In this document: piece after piece, positions 43,601-56,296 of the stretch
Numbering within the stretch: position 1 is the first letter of the stretch
Layout: the number at the start of each line of letters is the position of its first letter
Origin: Cycas panzhihuaensis
Lineage: Eukaryota > Plantae > Cycadophyta
Reading direction: 5' to 3'
DNA length: 64,000 nt
NCBI GenBank assembly: GCA_023213395.1
Contig: CM041465.1
Location: 195,369,741-195,433,740, forward strand
Notes under the pieces: model-generated
Database searches by the model: none
The model's input: only the letters and a program-made list of their open reading frames with translations
Told to the model about the DNA's origin: nothing
Position numbers and translations under genes: made by a program

Positions 43601-44590
43601 ATCTTTGGTTTTGATTTCTATTCTATTGATTACCCTGAGGGGCATTGTGGTTCTATCTCCTTAGTCCTTGATAATTGCCACGTTTATGATTTTAATTACC
43701 CTGAGTTATAGGGAAATTCTAGTGTCGTTGTTATTGAAAATCAACTTTCTTCTTCCTATAATTGGGTGTAAATATGACCAAGTTTGCCACAATAGTGACA
43801 AATAATCTGACTAAGATATTGAGGTCATTACTGACACTATTGATATGAATGTTGATTTAAATTTATTGAATTGAACTATCGATTAAGGTGTGGACATTGT
43901 TATTTCCCTCTATGTCATGTTATAAAGGCAAGAGTAGAAGACGAGGTACCTAAATCTCCTAGTCTATTTAAAATTCACTCCTCTTAAAGTAGAAAGCCTT
44001 CCATTGTATTGAAATCAAGTGTGGTAAGATAATTGAGATAGGTTTGATATAAGGGAATTGTATCCAACTAGTAATACATTGACTATATATAATATTAGGT
44101 TACTATCATCAAGTGGTTATTCTATAATGCTTAATTGGTTCTTAATTGAATCAATCTGAGTTAGGTGAGTTACATTTGATCCTGTATATGGTATGGAGTG
44201 GAGTTGTACTTTAAGCATGACAACTCTAGCATTGTCCTTCCTTTTATGTAATGCACAGATTATATTCTAGGCTTCAATAGAAATGGAGGCAAGTTCAATA
44301 TTTTGGTCCACATTATTTTCACTAGACAAGTATAGGAAAGAAAGGCCAACTTCATCAAATTCTTTAAAGGAAGTTAAAGTAATGAGATCAGTACAAATAA
44401 TAGCATTAGGATCATTAGGATTTCAGGTATCTTTAGGCATGGGAATTTTACTAGAAACATAAGCCTATAACTTGTTTATTTTTAGAATATTCTTGAATTA
44501 TTTCTTCTAAGCTAAGAAATTATCACTACTAGATAATTTAATTGTATTAATTACAACCGTTTGAAGTGTTATTTTATCTCAAATACATGT
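40680..44590 (-). mobile_element. Ty1/copia gag-pol remnant (RNase H end and 3' LTR not found)
   Basis: Gag 44000-44590; zinc knuckle CHYCGKLGH ~43800; protease ~43500; integrase 42150-42900; RT (KLKKALYGLK, YVDDL, YRQLVG); GYTDVDWAS at ~40740. Leader continues at 44590-44808 and from 53146. Confidence 0.88.
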
Positions 44591-45997
44591 CTTGTCTTCC
44601 TAAAAAGGTTTATTAATCTAGTAGTTATAGTCTTAGTATCTCTTTGCCTAATAACCCCTAGTAGTTGAAATGATTCTCTCTAATGGTATACCTGCTTACA
44701 AGTGGTAACTTGGGGACCTTATATATCCAAAGATACGTAGATGCTATTAAAGGCTCTATCATGCTCTAATACTATTGACTCACTTGCACTATATTTATAG
44801 CTTGAATATGTTGGGATAACCCCCAATATGCTTATGGAGTTATGCAACTAAGGCCCCTCAAAGCCACCTTTGGGGCTCCCTAGGGCACCTAGAGCCACAT
44901 ACTAGCCTCTAGAGCCACCAAATGCCGTCCCATTATCATTAAGGTATGCGTTTCATTTATTAATTATATTTTTTAATATTAATTTGAATTATTTTTGGAT
45001 AATATGTAGGTCAGGTTAAGGCAATTTCTGCTTCCCCAAATAATCTATAAATGGTGTGGGAATACCTCCCTGGTGTTTTTTAACACTGCCCAATATTCAA
45101 AGGATTATGTTAACTCACGTAATAATGTACTCACCATTGTAGTCCCACTCTACATTTCATCCTTCATTTGGTATCAGAGCATATGGTTCATCAACAACAA
45201 GCTTATATATCATTTTATTCATTATTTTCTTATATACTAAAGTTTACATTAAGGTTTACTTTGAATATTTAATATTTGATCATGAGCGGCCTTCATTTGG
45301 TGCACGTACGCTCCGTAGAATATTTTACTCCCATTTTTTGTATAACAAAGCTAGTTTTGTGTAGGTTATTAAAGATATGGTAAGAGAAAGACTGATTTTT
45401 CAAAGTATTTCATCATTTTTCCAAAGTTTTCAATTTGTTTTTGGATCACAAAGGTAACCTAAACTTCAAAGCAATTTAGATCTCAAACTAGCACTTAGAA
45501 CCCTATTAAGTGACTACTCATTTTGATTATAATTAAGTTATCTTCACAATGAAGGAAATAATTCATTATTTTATGTACTAGGAGCAGAGATATCCTCTTC
45601 GAAATGCCAGGTACTCTCACTAGTTACTAAAACCCCAGAACCTGCTTTATTCTTCTTCGTTTTGAGTTATTTTTCATTATTTTTCTCAAATTTTTTAAAG
45701 ATTCTTAGGTGCCCAAACCTTGCACCCATTTTAGATGTGATTTTTCACCTCGTATGCCCTTCATTCTTCAGTGTATCCTTGCCAGAGCTTGTGCACTATT
45801 CATCACCATTTTTTCCTTCATTTTTACATATAAAATCTTCATTTCATGAATGTTGTGACTTCAATCCACTAGTTCTAATCCTCTACACAATGTACTCCTT
45901 GAAATCGAAGCTATTAAAGTGTGTTTTAATTGGTCTTTATCGCCAAATCTCCCCTATTCATTAAATATCTTCAGTGTCCACGCACTTCTTTTTTGTT

Positions 45998-46030
<33 letters not shown>

Positions 46031-46036
46031 ATGTGT
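45998..46036. repeat. (TA)(TG) microsatellite in the copia leader
   Basis: Read directly from the sequence. Confidence 0.9.
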
Positions 46037-48551
46037 AATACTTTTCCTAATCTCTTCAAATTTGATCCATATGTGGATGTTTTGCACCTTTTGGATCCAT
46101 TATATCCTTGTCTTCGATCTATTTCAGATTGATTTTAATCAACAAAAGTCATCAAAACTCGCTCTGTTACGTGAATAATCATGGCAGTGGCATATTTAGT
46201 TAATAATTTTTTATTTTTATAAAGTTTGATTTAATCAAACTTGATTGCATATTATTTGGAGTATGTCCTATTCGTTTAAGTCATTGGCCCCCTTCAGACG
46301 TTAGCCCCCAGTCCTGCGCACTCGCATGAGACCTCAAGCTATCTTTTCAAAGTGCCTAAATTAAATTTTATATAAAATTTTATTTATATTTTTCTTTAAG
46401 AAAGTGACTGGCATATTTTCTTCTTTATCTCCTCACTGGGTTGATAATTTTCAGTGAAACTAGATTCATTGCGATCATTATTTAGCGAGCTTCATCGTGG
46501 ACTAGTCATTTATCAGTGTTGGAGCCATTTTGATCAAGTTTTAATAGTTTGAAGTGACACATTTTTTTAGCCTCCATTTTGTTAATTATAAAGAGGTCCC
46601 TTCACCATTTTTACTATAACGTTTGCATCTGATATCTATTTTCTAAATTGTCTACTTTGTTGGAAAGTTGGTTCAGTCCTCTTCATGCTGGTATATTTTC
46701 TTACATGATTTGAAGCTATGTTGTAGATATTTAAAGCTAGTGAAGTTAAAATACTTAATTAGACTTAGTTCTTCATTGTTCAGCATTTTTTAAAGTAATT
46801 TTTTAAAGTTTCTTTGGCATTAGACACATTAAAAGGTCTCTAATTTGTATGTGATCATTTTTATATCTTTCTACAAAGTTATAATCAAAATTTTATAGTA
46901 TTTTACCTTTGTGGCTCTAGTTTAAGCCCTAAAAGGTGTCCCTTCACTCATTCTTTAATATCTTGAGTTTCAAGAATTAGTTTTTTGAATGGTCAAATTT
47001 GTCGGAAAGGTTTTTCAATATTCTTCAGATTGGAATAGGTTTCACTTAAATCTGACATCGTTTGGTAGTGTTTGAAGCTAGTAATCTTTAGCTTCTTGTT
47101 TAGACTTTATAAGCCTCATCTTATAACTTTTCAAGTAGTTCATTATCTCAAAAAGGTTATATTTACATTATTGATCATTAATAATCTATTCATCAAGCTA
47201 TTGTTGGCTCTTGTTTATATTTTTTAAGTTATTCTATAGTAAGAAGTTAGATCTTTAGCACATAAAGATATCAACAAACTAAGTGGAGCTACCTTACCAA
47301 ATGGATACAATTTGTGTTACATTTGTTTATTTTCTATATTTCTTTGTAAAAACATATTATTTTATGATATTTCTATCATCTTAAGCAAAGATTATACTTC
47401 AAATTTTTAGATTTTATATACATCTACTTTGTTTTTTCAAAAGGATAGCCAATCATCCCCATAATCTTGCATACATTGAGAAAGAAGATTACTTTATTTT
47501 ACATTGATATAAAGGCCATTCATTTTACTTTAGTTTCCTATTACCTTTGAAAGCTTCAAGATTGATTGAAAATTATCATTGCATATTTATCTATTTATTA
47601 TTAAAGGAAACTAGATTTCAGGCTTACATTGTTAAAGCATTAAAAGAGCATATACATCATTTTTTTCTCTACATCATATCGAGATGAAAACCAGGTTATA
47701 TATCATCTAGTATTCTTTTGCTTGATTGGAAAAGAAAATGATCATTAATTAATTCATTTGATTTACTAAGATTTGAAGGAAAGGTTATTTCTCATATACT
47801 TTTAAAAGTCTAAAAGATATCTTTATTTACTTATTCTTTATTGGTCTCTTACTTAGTGAATATATTTTTCCTTTTAGTTATTTTATTTTTGATCTTAAAA
47901 GAACCTTTTTTTTCAAACCCTAAGTAAGACCATAAGCATTAATCAATATATCATCACATTAAAAAAGGTAATTCCTGAATTAATCACCCTTATTTCTAGC
48001 CTTGCAAGGGGAACGATTAGGACCCCTGAAGTTACCACCTTGCATATGCTAATTGGCCTACTCATATTGGATGACAAAAGCCATTAGCTAAGGTGTATTC
48101 GATGGCAAGATGAGGTACAAAACCTTTCCTTATTTGGTGTTTGAAGACCAAGGCTAGACCTAGAGAGGGCGAGTACCTTGATTCAAGAAAACTTCACTGG
48201 TAGATTTGTCACTAGGCAAAAGTCTAGCACAGGTGGATTCACAATTTAGGGGGATGTAAAAACCTTCATAGTAGCCCACATACTGAGGTATATTGAGCCT
48301 TGAGCTTATGTACCAGTATATTAGGTCCCTGTTTTACCATCTGTCGGTAAGTGCCACTAGACAGGATAACAACCGAAGGTTTCCCTTAGAGACCCCTAAA
48401 TTTAGAGCCTAATAGCCTTATTAGGTACTAGTTCACTTTTGAAACTTTGGGTAAAACTTAGGATATTGACACTTGGTTCAAACTTCAAACTCAAACACTT
48501 ATAAACTTCATTTTATTTATTATATTTTTTTAACAAAAACCTTAGCTCAAC

Positions 48552-51500
48552 ATGGCCTCAAGTTTTTTTGTAATATAATTATTCTGAAATTCAATGGGAA
48601 CAATTTCTTGAATTAGAGTAGGAGGATGAGACCCATCATCATAACTAATGAGATGTGGGAGATTGTAAAATTAGGAGACAATGAGTTAGGTCCAAATATA
48701 ACTAATGCGGAGAAATTTACCTATAAAGAAAATGTCAAGAAGGATAATGAGGCTCTAACACTTATATTTTGTGCACTTAAAGACCATGTTTTCCCTCGGG
48801 TTAGTGAGTCCACCAAATCAAAGGAAGCTTGAGATATATTTCAGTTGATATATGAAGGAGCTACATCTTCCAAGCTCCAAAATATTAGAAGCAAGTTTGA
48901 AAATTTACGTATGATGCCCTTAGAAATTATAATCGAGTTCGTGATAAAGGTACAAGATATAGTCAACCAAATGAGGTCTCTTGGAGATATCTTAATAGAA
49001 TAAAGGGTGGTTGAATGGATCCTAAGATGTGTTGGTATGATTAGAAGATTCAAAATGGTTGCCATAATAATAAGCATGTCAAAAGACCTAAGCACATTAA
49101 AGGTGGAACAACTTAGTGCTATGCTCATGTTAGTAGAAGAACAACAAAATGCCAATGAATCACTTGAACATGCCTTTGCCACTAAAGCTCGAATCTAATC
49201 AAATTCTCAAGCAAAAACTTCAAAGTTTAAGGAATCACCTCCAAAAGGAAGGGATAGGGACCCTATAAGGGATGTTAGGTAAGATCCTCCTAAGTATCAA
49301 GCCCCTCATCAAAGGAGGTAAGGAGGACATCAACAAAATGAGAACCCTCCTAGATATACAAACCAAAAGATATAATTTGAAGGACATACTTATTGTCTAA
49401 ATTATCAAGGTAATCCTCAATCATCAAGGTCCAATCAAGATTATTATGATAATAGACCAAGAGAAAATCCTCCTCCACATTATGAGGAAAGGGGAAAACC
49501 CTCCAATATTGATAGATCTCATCCACGAAGCAGAAGTTTAAGCTATGAAAGGAGAGATCCCTTATATTGTTTATATTGCCATAGGAGTGGTTATTCTGAA
49601 GATAAGTGTTTTTCAAAACATAAACCACCCACTAGAGGAAATGCCCATAATACAACTAAATCAAGGGATAATAATAGGTTATTTTTATCTAGCTTCACTA
49701 CTAAGAAGGAAAAGGATGATAATTGGTATATTGATTCATGATGTTCAACCCATAACACACATAAGGAACACTTATTTTGAACATTAGATAAAAGCAAGAA
49801 GGAGTCCATTATGTTGGAGATGATATCTCCCATAAATTAGCTGGTAGAGGTAATATAGGCCTAATGACAGATATAGGATAATATAGACATCTTGATGATG
49901 TCTTATACGTCCCAGCTCTAAAGAAAAACTTACTATTTATAGGGCAGATGATAGGACAAGACTATAAAGTTATCTTTGACAATGATGAGTGTGTAATCAA
50001 AGATAAAAGGAGAAATAAAGTTATGGTTGCCAAAGGGGAAATCACTAAGGGATCTCTTGTTCAAATATATTCTTACTCCTTCAGATACATATGCCTTAAG
50101 AACTTCAACTAAATTGGATAGCATAGAAGATTTGGCCATCTCAATTATAATAGTTTGGCCCTTATGAAGCAAATGGATATGGTAAATGGTTTATCACATA
50201 TTGAGGTGAACAAAAACCTATGTGAAAGATGTCTTTTTGGCAAACACCATAGGGAAAGTTTTCCATATTTCAGTCATCAAGCATTAGGTCCACTCCAATT
50301 GGTATACACAGATATTTATAGTCCTATGAACACTCCCCCACTAGTAAGTGCTAGGTACTTCATTACATTCATAGATGATTTCATAAGGAAGACATGGGTA
50401 TTCTTCCTCAAATACAAATCAGATGCCTTCTAACACTTTGTTGACTTCAAAACCTTTATGGAGCAACAAAGTGGATACAAATTGATATCCCTAAGATCAA
50501 ATAATAGGGGAGAATTTATCTCTGATGCATTCAAGGATTATTATATACACTATGGAATTAGAAGATAGTTCACTAATCCCTATACTCCATAGTAAAATGG
50601 TGTAATGGAGAGGAAAAATTGTATTATAGTTGAAATAGGTAGGTGTATGCTTAAGGACAAGAATATAGGATATGAGTTTTGAGTTGAAGTAGTATACAGG
50701 GGTGTTTATTTACTCAATAGGTGCTCCACCAAAGCCCTTAGGTGGAAAACTCTAGAAGAAGCTTGGACTGGTTACAAACCAAGTATACATCATCTTGGAG
50801 TCTTCTAATGCCTTTCTTATGCTTACATTCCTGATCAACGAAGATCCAAGCTGGACGATCATAGCGTCAAATGTATTTTCTTAGGTTATAGTAAAACATC
50901 TAAGTCATACAAGGTTTATAACCCCAAATAAAAAAGGGTCATGTTAAGTAGAGATATTAAATTCTAAGAGGACACCTATTATCAAGACACTCATGAAAAG
51001 AAAAAAGAAGTTACAATAAAGTTTGATACATCATTTTAAACTAAATATGTGCCACCTATGTTTGACTCCAGAAGAGTCATTAATAAACCTAATAGGGAGG
51101 GAACTTCATCTCAACCTCCACCATAAAATCTACCAAAATGGGTTCATCAGAATCATGACTTGGGTAACATCTTGGATAATAATCATAGATCCACGTGCTC
51201 GCATAGGGTTAATTTTGCCCTAATGAGCAAAGTATTGGAGACTCACGAGCCTCAAATATTTGATGCGACCAATTAACATGAATATTAGCAAAACATAATA
51301 GAAGATGAATAGAACTCTATTGTTAAAAATGACACTTGGGAGATAATTGATTTACCTCCAAAGAAAAAAAGCTATTAGTATCAAATAGGTTTATAAGACT
51401 AAGTTTCACTCAGATGGCTCCATTAACAAATACAAGGCTAGATTGATTGCTAAAGGATATGCTCAAAAAGAAGCCATTGACTATACTGAAACTTTTGCCC

Positions 51501-52787
51501 CTGCTGCTCGGATGGAATCAGTTAGAATGATGATGAGCTTAGCAGCCCAAATGGGTTGGAAAGTTTACCAAATGGATGTTAAAAGTGCCTTCCTCAATAG
51601 TTATATCAAAGAGGATATTTATGTCACTCAACCCCTCAGTTTTGAAGTTAGGGGGGTAGAAAACAAAATGTATAAACTGAAAAAGGCACTCTATGGTTTA
51701 AAATAAGCACCTGGGGCTTGGTATTCCCACATAAATAAATATTTCAGAGATCAAGGATTTGAAATATCTCAAACAGATCCTAACATGTATATTCAAATCA
51801 AGGGAAATCTAATCTTAATTGTAGGACTTTATGTGGACGACTTTGTATATACTAGAAATGACTCCCACCTATTGCATTAATTCAAAGATACTGTGTAAAG
51901 AATTTGAGATGAAAGATTTGGGGCCAATGTATTACTTCCTAAGTTTGGAAGTATGGCAAGACAAGAAGGGCATTTTCATTTCCCAACAGAAATATACTTT
52001 GGACTTATTACAAAAGTTCAGAATGACAGATTGTAAACCATTAACAACTCCAGCTAAAATAGAAATCAAGCTCTCCAAATTAGATGACTCTACTTTAGTT
52101 GACCTAATACTTTACAAATAACTTATTGGCAAATTGATATATTTGAAATCCATTCAACTATATATAACACACTCAGTCTGTGTTATATCTATGTTTATGT
52201 AAGATCTAAAGACCTCTCATTGGCGAGCAACCAAAAGAATTATCAGATATCTCAAAGGAACTCCAGATTATGGGCTATACTACAAAGCTTATCCAAAATT
52301 TTATTAAACTAGCTATACAAACTTAGATTGGGTGAGAGATATTAATGACAGAAAATCTACAATAAGTTATATGTTTAGTATGGAATCAGTAGCGATAGCA
52401 TAGAGTACAAAGAAACAAAACATAATTTCCTTATCTACAGTTGAGGCAGAATACAAAGAAGTAGTAGCAGGTACATATGAATTAGTTTGGTTGAGAAGAT
52501 TACTATGAGATTTCTAGCTTAAATAGAAAGGTCCCACCAGAATTTGGTGTGACAATTAGAGCACTATCCAAATGGTAAAGAACTCAATCTTCCATGGCAG
52601 AATGAAACACATTGAGACTCAACATCACTTCATTTGAGAACTAGTACAAGTAGAAGAAATCAAATTAGCCTATTGCAACACTGAAGACCAAACATTAGAT
52701 ATACTTACAAAGGCTCTAGGCAAAGTCAAATTCTAGAAATTTAGAGAAAGCTTAGGAATTGTTCACATTAGGCATTATGGGGGAGAA
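48552..52787 (+). pseudogene. Copia gag-pol polyprotein (Gag, CCHC, protease, integrase, RT, RNase H) with stops and frameshifts
   Basis: ORF fragments 48626-48832, 50155-50433 (CERCLFGKHHR, YFITFIDDF), 51443-51706 (YQMDVKSAFLN, KLKKALYGLK), 51831-52121; CLYCHRSGYSEDKC ~49568; KHIETQHHFI and DILTKALG at the end. Confidence 0.93.
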
Positions 52788-53769
52788 TATTAGGATAACC
52801 CCTAATGTGCTAATGGAGTTATGTACCTAGAGCCCCTCAAAGCCACCTTTGGGGCTCCCTAGGGCACCTAGAACCATATACCAACCTCCTACGGCCACCA
52901 AATGCTAATCCATTATCATTAAGGTACATGTTTATTTATTAATTATATTTTTTAATATTAATTTGAATTATTTTTGGATAATGTGTAGGTCAGGTTGAGG
53001 CACTTGATGCCTCCCCAAATAATCTATAAATAGGATGAGAATACCTCCCTGGTATTTTTTAACACTGACCAATATTTAAAGGATTATGTTAACTCACATG
53101 ATAATGTACTTACCATTGTAGTCTCACTCTACACCTTATCCTTTAGAATAGTAAATCCCTATCTAAGGGCACACTTATAACTAAGGCACTCACCCTCTCT
53201 AAGTCTAGCCTAGTCTCCAAACTCTAAAGTTTTAGGAATATACCTTGGTTTTTCACTCAATACACCTGATAACTATTACCTCCTCCTACAATTCGTAGAG
53301 TTCAAGAAAGCACAATAGCATGTATGGGAGTGATACCTTTAGGGATCTTAATTATTTCTATTGTAGGATAGGTAATGAAGGGTGATTCAATTAGGATTTT
53401 ATCTTTTTAATCGTTTAAGTTTTTTTTTTTTGGTTAAGACTTTATGATTAAACTTTATAATTTTTTTAGTTTATAAAAGGAAATATATCAAAAACTAAAA
53501 AAGCATTTAAATTTTTGAGAAGATTGCCTAAAATAGATTTAAAAAATAGACTAAAATTAACTTAAAATAGGCTAAAAATGATTAAAAAGATTTTAAAAAT
53601 AAAACTTTAGAATAAAAACAAAAATCGAAAAGGGAACATATTATGAATATTCAAAAATGTATAACCTATGGTTTTAAAACTATAGAAAAAGTAAAAAAAG
53701 TTAAATGGCGATTAAAAAATAAAGGTAATTGAAATGAGGATACATATGAGGATTACTATTGATTGAAGC

Positions 53770-54835
53770 TACAAAGGCTCAATCTAGTATTGTATCTCAA
53801 ATCTAGACATTGTGAAGATTACAATAAGTGGTCATCATACTATGTTTTTTTAGTCCTTTAATGAATGGTAGGTAGAGAAAAAAAATTATAGAGATTACAC
53901 AAATTCATACACCTATAACCCATTGATTAATTCATCTTATGTTCATATTTAAAATTTGCTTCAAAATCTCTACTATTACTATGTATTCTCCAAGCCACAC
54001 CAGCTCTCTTCATAATAACTTGTCTTCCATTTAGAAGAATGGCTTTGTAAATAAACTCACAGATTCCTCTACCTAGTTCATTTTACTCTTCAAGCCTATT
54101 TGTAGCATCCCAAAGCTTCATCAGACAAAACACTTACATTCTAATCAAATCATAAGTTGTAAGCCAGGGGGTAGTGATCTTAAACAAGGGCATTTGAGGA
54201 TTAGGATTTGGTTGGGTTTTTGTATCTGATTGGCCTATGCAAAGCATTGGTTCTATCCTCTTCTTCTACTACTAATCATGTAGGGAATGAAAAATCTAAT
54301 GAATGCCAAAACACCTGAAATTGATGCCCTCAGAATTGCTATGAGATTTATCTATCATTGCTTTTACTCTTCAAGATTTATCTATCATTGATCTTCTAAT
54401 ATCACCAAAGGAAATGCAAAGAGGGACCCATGAGACCCATATCCATAAACTTCTTGATAAGAGTTATTCTTGTAGAGAGAACAAGCCACACAAACATGAT
54501 TAACATTCTTAGTACATTGACTAGAGAGAAAAATCCCATCTAGACAATCATGCATATAAGTAGAACATTCCTGTTCTTACATGTAAAGATACAACTCATC
54601 AAATCTATCACTTTGAGATTGCTCACAATGAAGAAAAACTCCCCACTACCATAAGGCTCACTCCTGCATAATCCTGGACTGTAAAGATATAATGGAGGAA
54701 CATAATCTAATCCATTTCCCCAGTAATCTAAGATCAATTTATCCTCTTGAACAACACAAGCAGCAATATTTAAGGATGCAATACCAACTTTGCCCAAGTC
54801 AAAAATACAAAACCAAGATATCCTCTTGCATTCTG
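53770..54835 (-). pseudogene. CCR1/CCR2 (CRINKLY4-RELATED): Fragment of a CRINKLY4-related receptor-like kinase (last crinkly repeat, TNFR-like Cys region, TM, kinase N-lobe)
   Basis: Manual translation: CVVQEDKLILDYWG..YVPPLYLYSPGLC..GEFFF; DCLDGIFLSSQCTKNVNHVCVACSLYKNNS; hydrophobic LIAILRASISGVLAFIRFFIP; LWDATNRLEE*NELGRGICEFIYKAILLNGRQVIMKRA...IHSNSRDFEA; L*VYEF. Matches recalled CCR1/CCR2 motifs (LKDATNGFKEFNELGRGSYGFVYKA..DGRQVAVKRAN..IH.N.R.FE). Confidence 0.85.
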
Positions 54836-55040
54836 CTAAGTCAAATAAATATGAGGGCTAAGTTAATGATGTGAATATGAAGTGCATGAATACTAATATG
54901 AAAGTAAAAGGTTAAGAAGAGCACATAAGAACTCATTTCTATTCTTCCTTGCAAGAAATTTGGAGAAAGTGGCTCAAAGCAAGAGCACATTAAGTGGCTC
55001 AAAGCATGAAATAGACCACTTGATCTTGTCTCCATATATG

Positions 55041-55540
55041 GCTTTGATACAAAGTGAAGGAAGTGGCATCTGTGCCAGGTTCCACCTATGTTCAAATCAC
55101 AAGAACACTAAAAAATAAGATAATAAATATGAGGAGGTTAAATTCATTAAGCCTCTAAAAAATAATCTCAATATTTATTCATTAACTTATAATATTACTT
55201 TGAGTTATTACCTCATATAAAAAAAAATAAACATTATAAGAGAGGCTAGAGAATGTGAGGGGTTGATCATACTAGGTGACATTTGGCACCTTGTATAATC
55301 AATACACATGTGTATTATAATGAAGTGTGAGAAAATATAATACCATGTATATTAGGCTCACCACTTCAACTTGTAATTAACCACTAACATGATAATAAAA
55401 TATTTACAATATACTTTATCATATTAAGTTGATAAAGTAACTAACATGACATTACTAACATAACTTTAATGTTTATAAACGTATAATATATTATAAATGA
55501 ATAAAGAAGAATTAATAAAAAATTATTAATTCTTCTATCA
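55041..55540 (-). mobile_element. PBS + 5' LTR, possibly belonging to the copia at 40680-44590
   Basis: Minus-strand ccttcactttgtatcaaagccatatatgg closely matches the LTR/PBS junction ccttcatttggtatcagagcatatgg at 45161. LTR boundary at 55055; distal end uncertain. Confidence 0.55.
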
Positions 55541-56296
55541 TAGAGGACCTGAAGGAGTGAAAGTAAATATGATATTATTTATTCTCAAAATATCTTTCTC
55601 CATAAAAAATATTTATTCTTAGAGGAGGGTATATATATTGCCATGAGTCTGCCTCTCAAAATATTTGTAGGAAGTTTATTAGAGCCTGCATAAAAAATGT
55701 TATATTCAACCTCTTTAAAGTCATTAAAGGTTACATATAGTGTGCATTCAAAAAGAATAAAATAGGAGAAGAAAATGTCATGTAAGGGGTTAAAAGATTA
55801 TATTCATCCATAGATTTTGTTATCCAATGGAGGCTTTAATTTTTTTTTAAATATATTATTAGAAATGTATAGAGAAAAAAAAATTGTATAGAGATGGTAG
55901 CACACCTATCAACAGTACTGGTATTACTATGTTTAATGATTGGCAACAACAATAATAGTTACAATAATACCACCAAGGGAGATAAAACTCTAGGGATAGA
56001 TGCGATGAAGGAGGCACTAAGTTTGATGAAGGGAAGCAAAGACACAAAGATTCTTAAATACTTGTTTAAGCTCTAAGAGACCACAGAGAAGGATTGAAGA
56101 TTGCCAAAGCATCCCCATAAAGGAAATAAGGGCAAATATGCAATTCATAGGTAGTTAATTAAGCAAGCTAGTTAGATTACAAGATCGAGCTATCGGTCAC
56201 CATAGCTTTTGTTGGAACTGCAACAATAAAAAAGAAGGCATGGAGATACCCACATAGTCACCTTCTACATCAAATCTGTTGTCGCCTTGTATACCA

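Larger units (their letters stand above)
44809..53145 (+). mobile_element. Full-length Ty1/copia retrotransposon with ~3.4-kb leader (degenerate)
   Basis: LTRs 44809-45166 and 52788-53145; perfect TSD GAATA; PBS tggtatcagagc 45169-45180; PPT ggcattatgggggagaa 52771-52787. Confidence 0.95.

Noticed and set aside
44763-44774. PBS-like gctctaatacta
   Set aside because: It is not followed by a TG LTR end, and leader homology continues past it and past the insertion.
48000-48400. Hammerhead ribozyme (retrozyme) in the leader
   Set aside because: No CUGANGA...GAAA core with supporting stems was found by eye.
53770-54835. Functional CCR gene
   Set aside because: It has stops, frameshifts and a deletion in the kinase, and lacks both the N-terminus and the kinase C-lobe.
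55860-56290. Coding-like segment (ORF 55894-56076)
   Set aside because: No recognisable motif; too short and degraded to assign.
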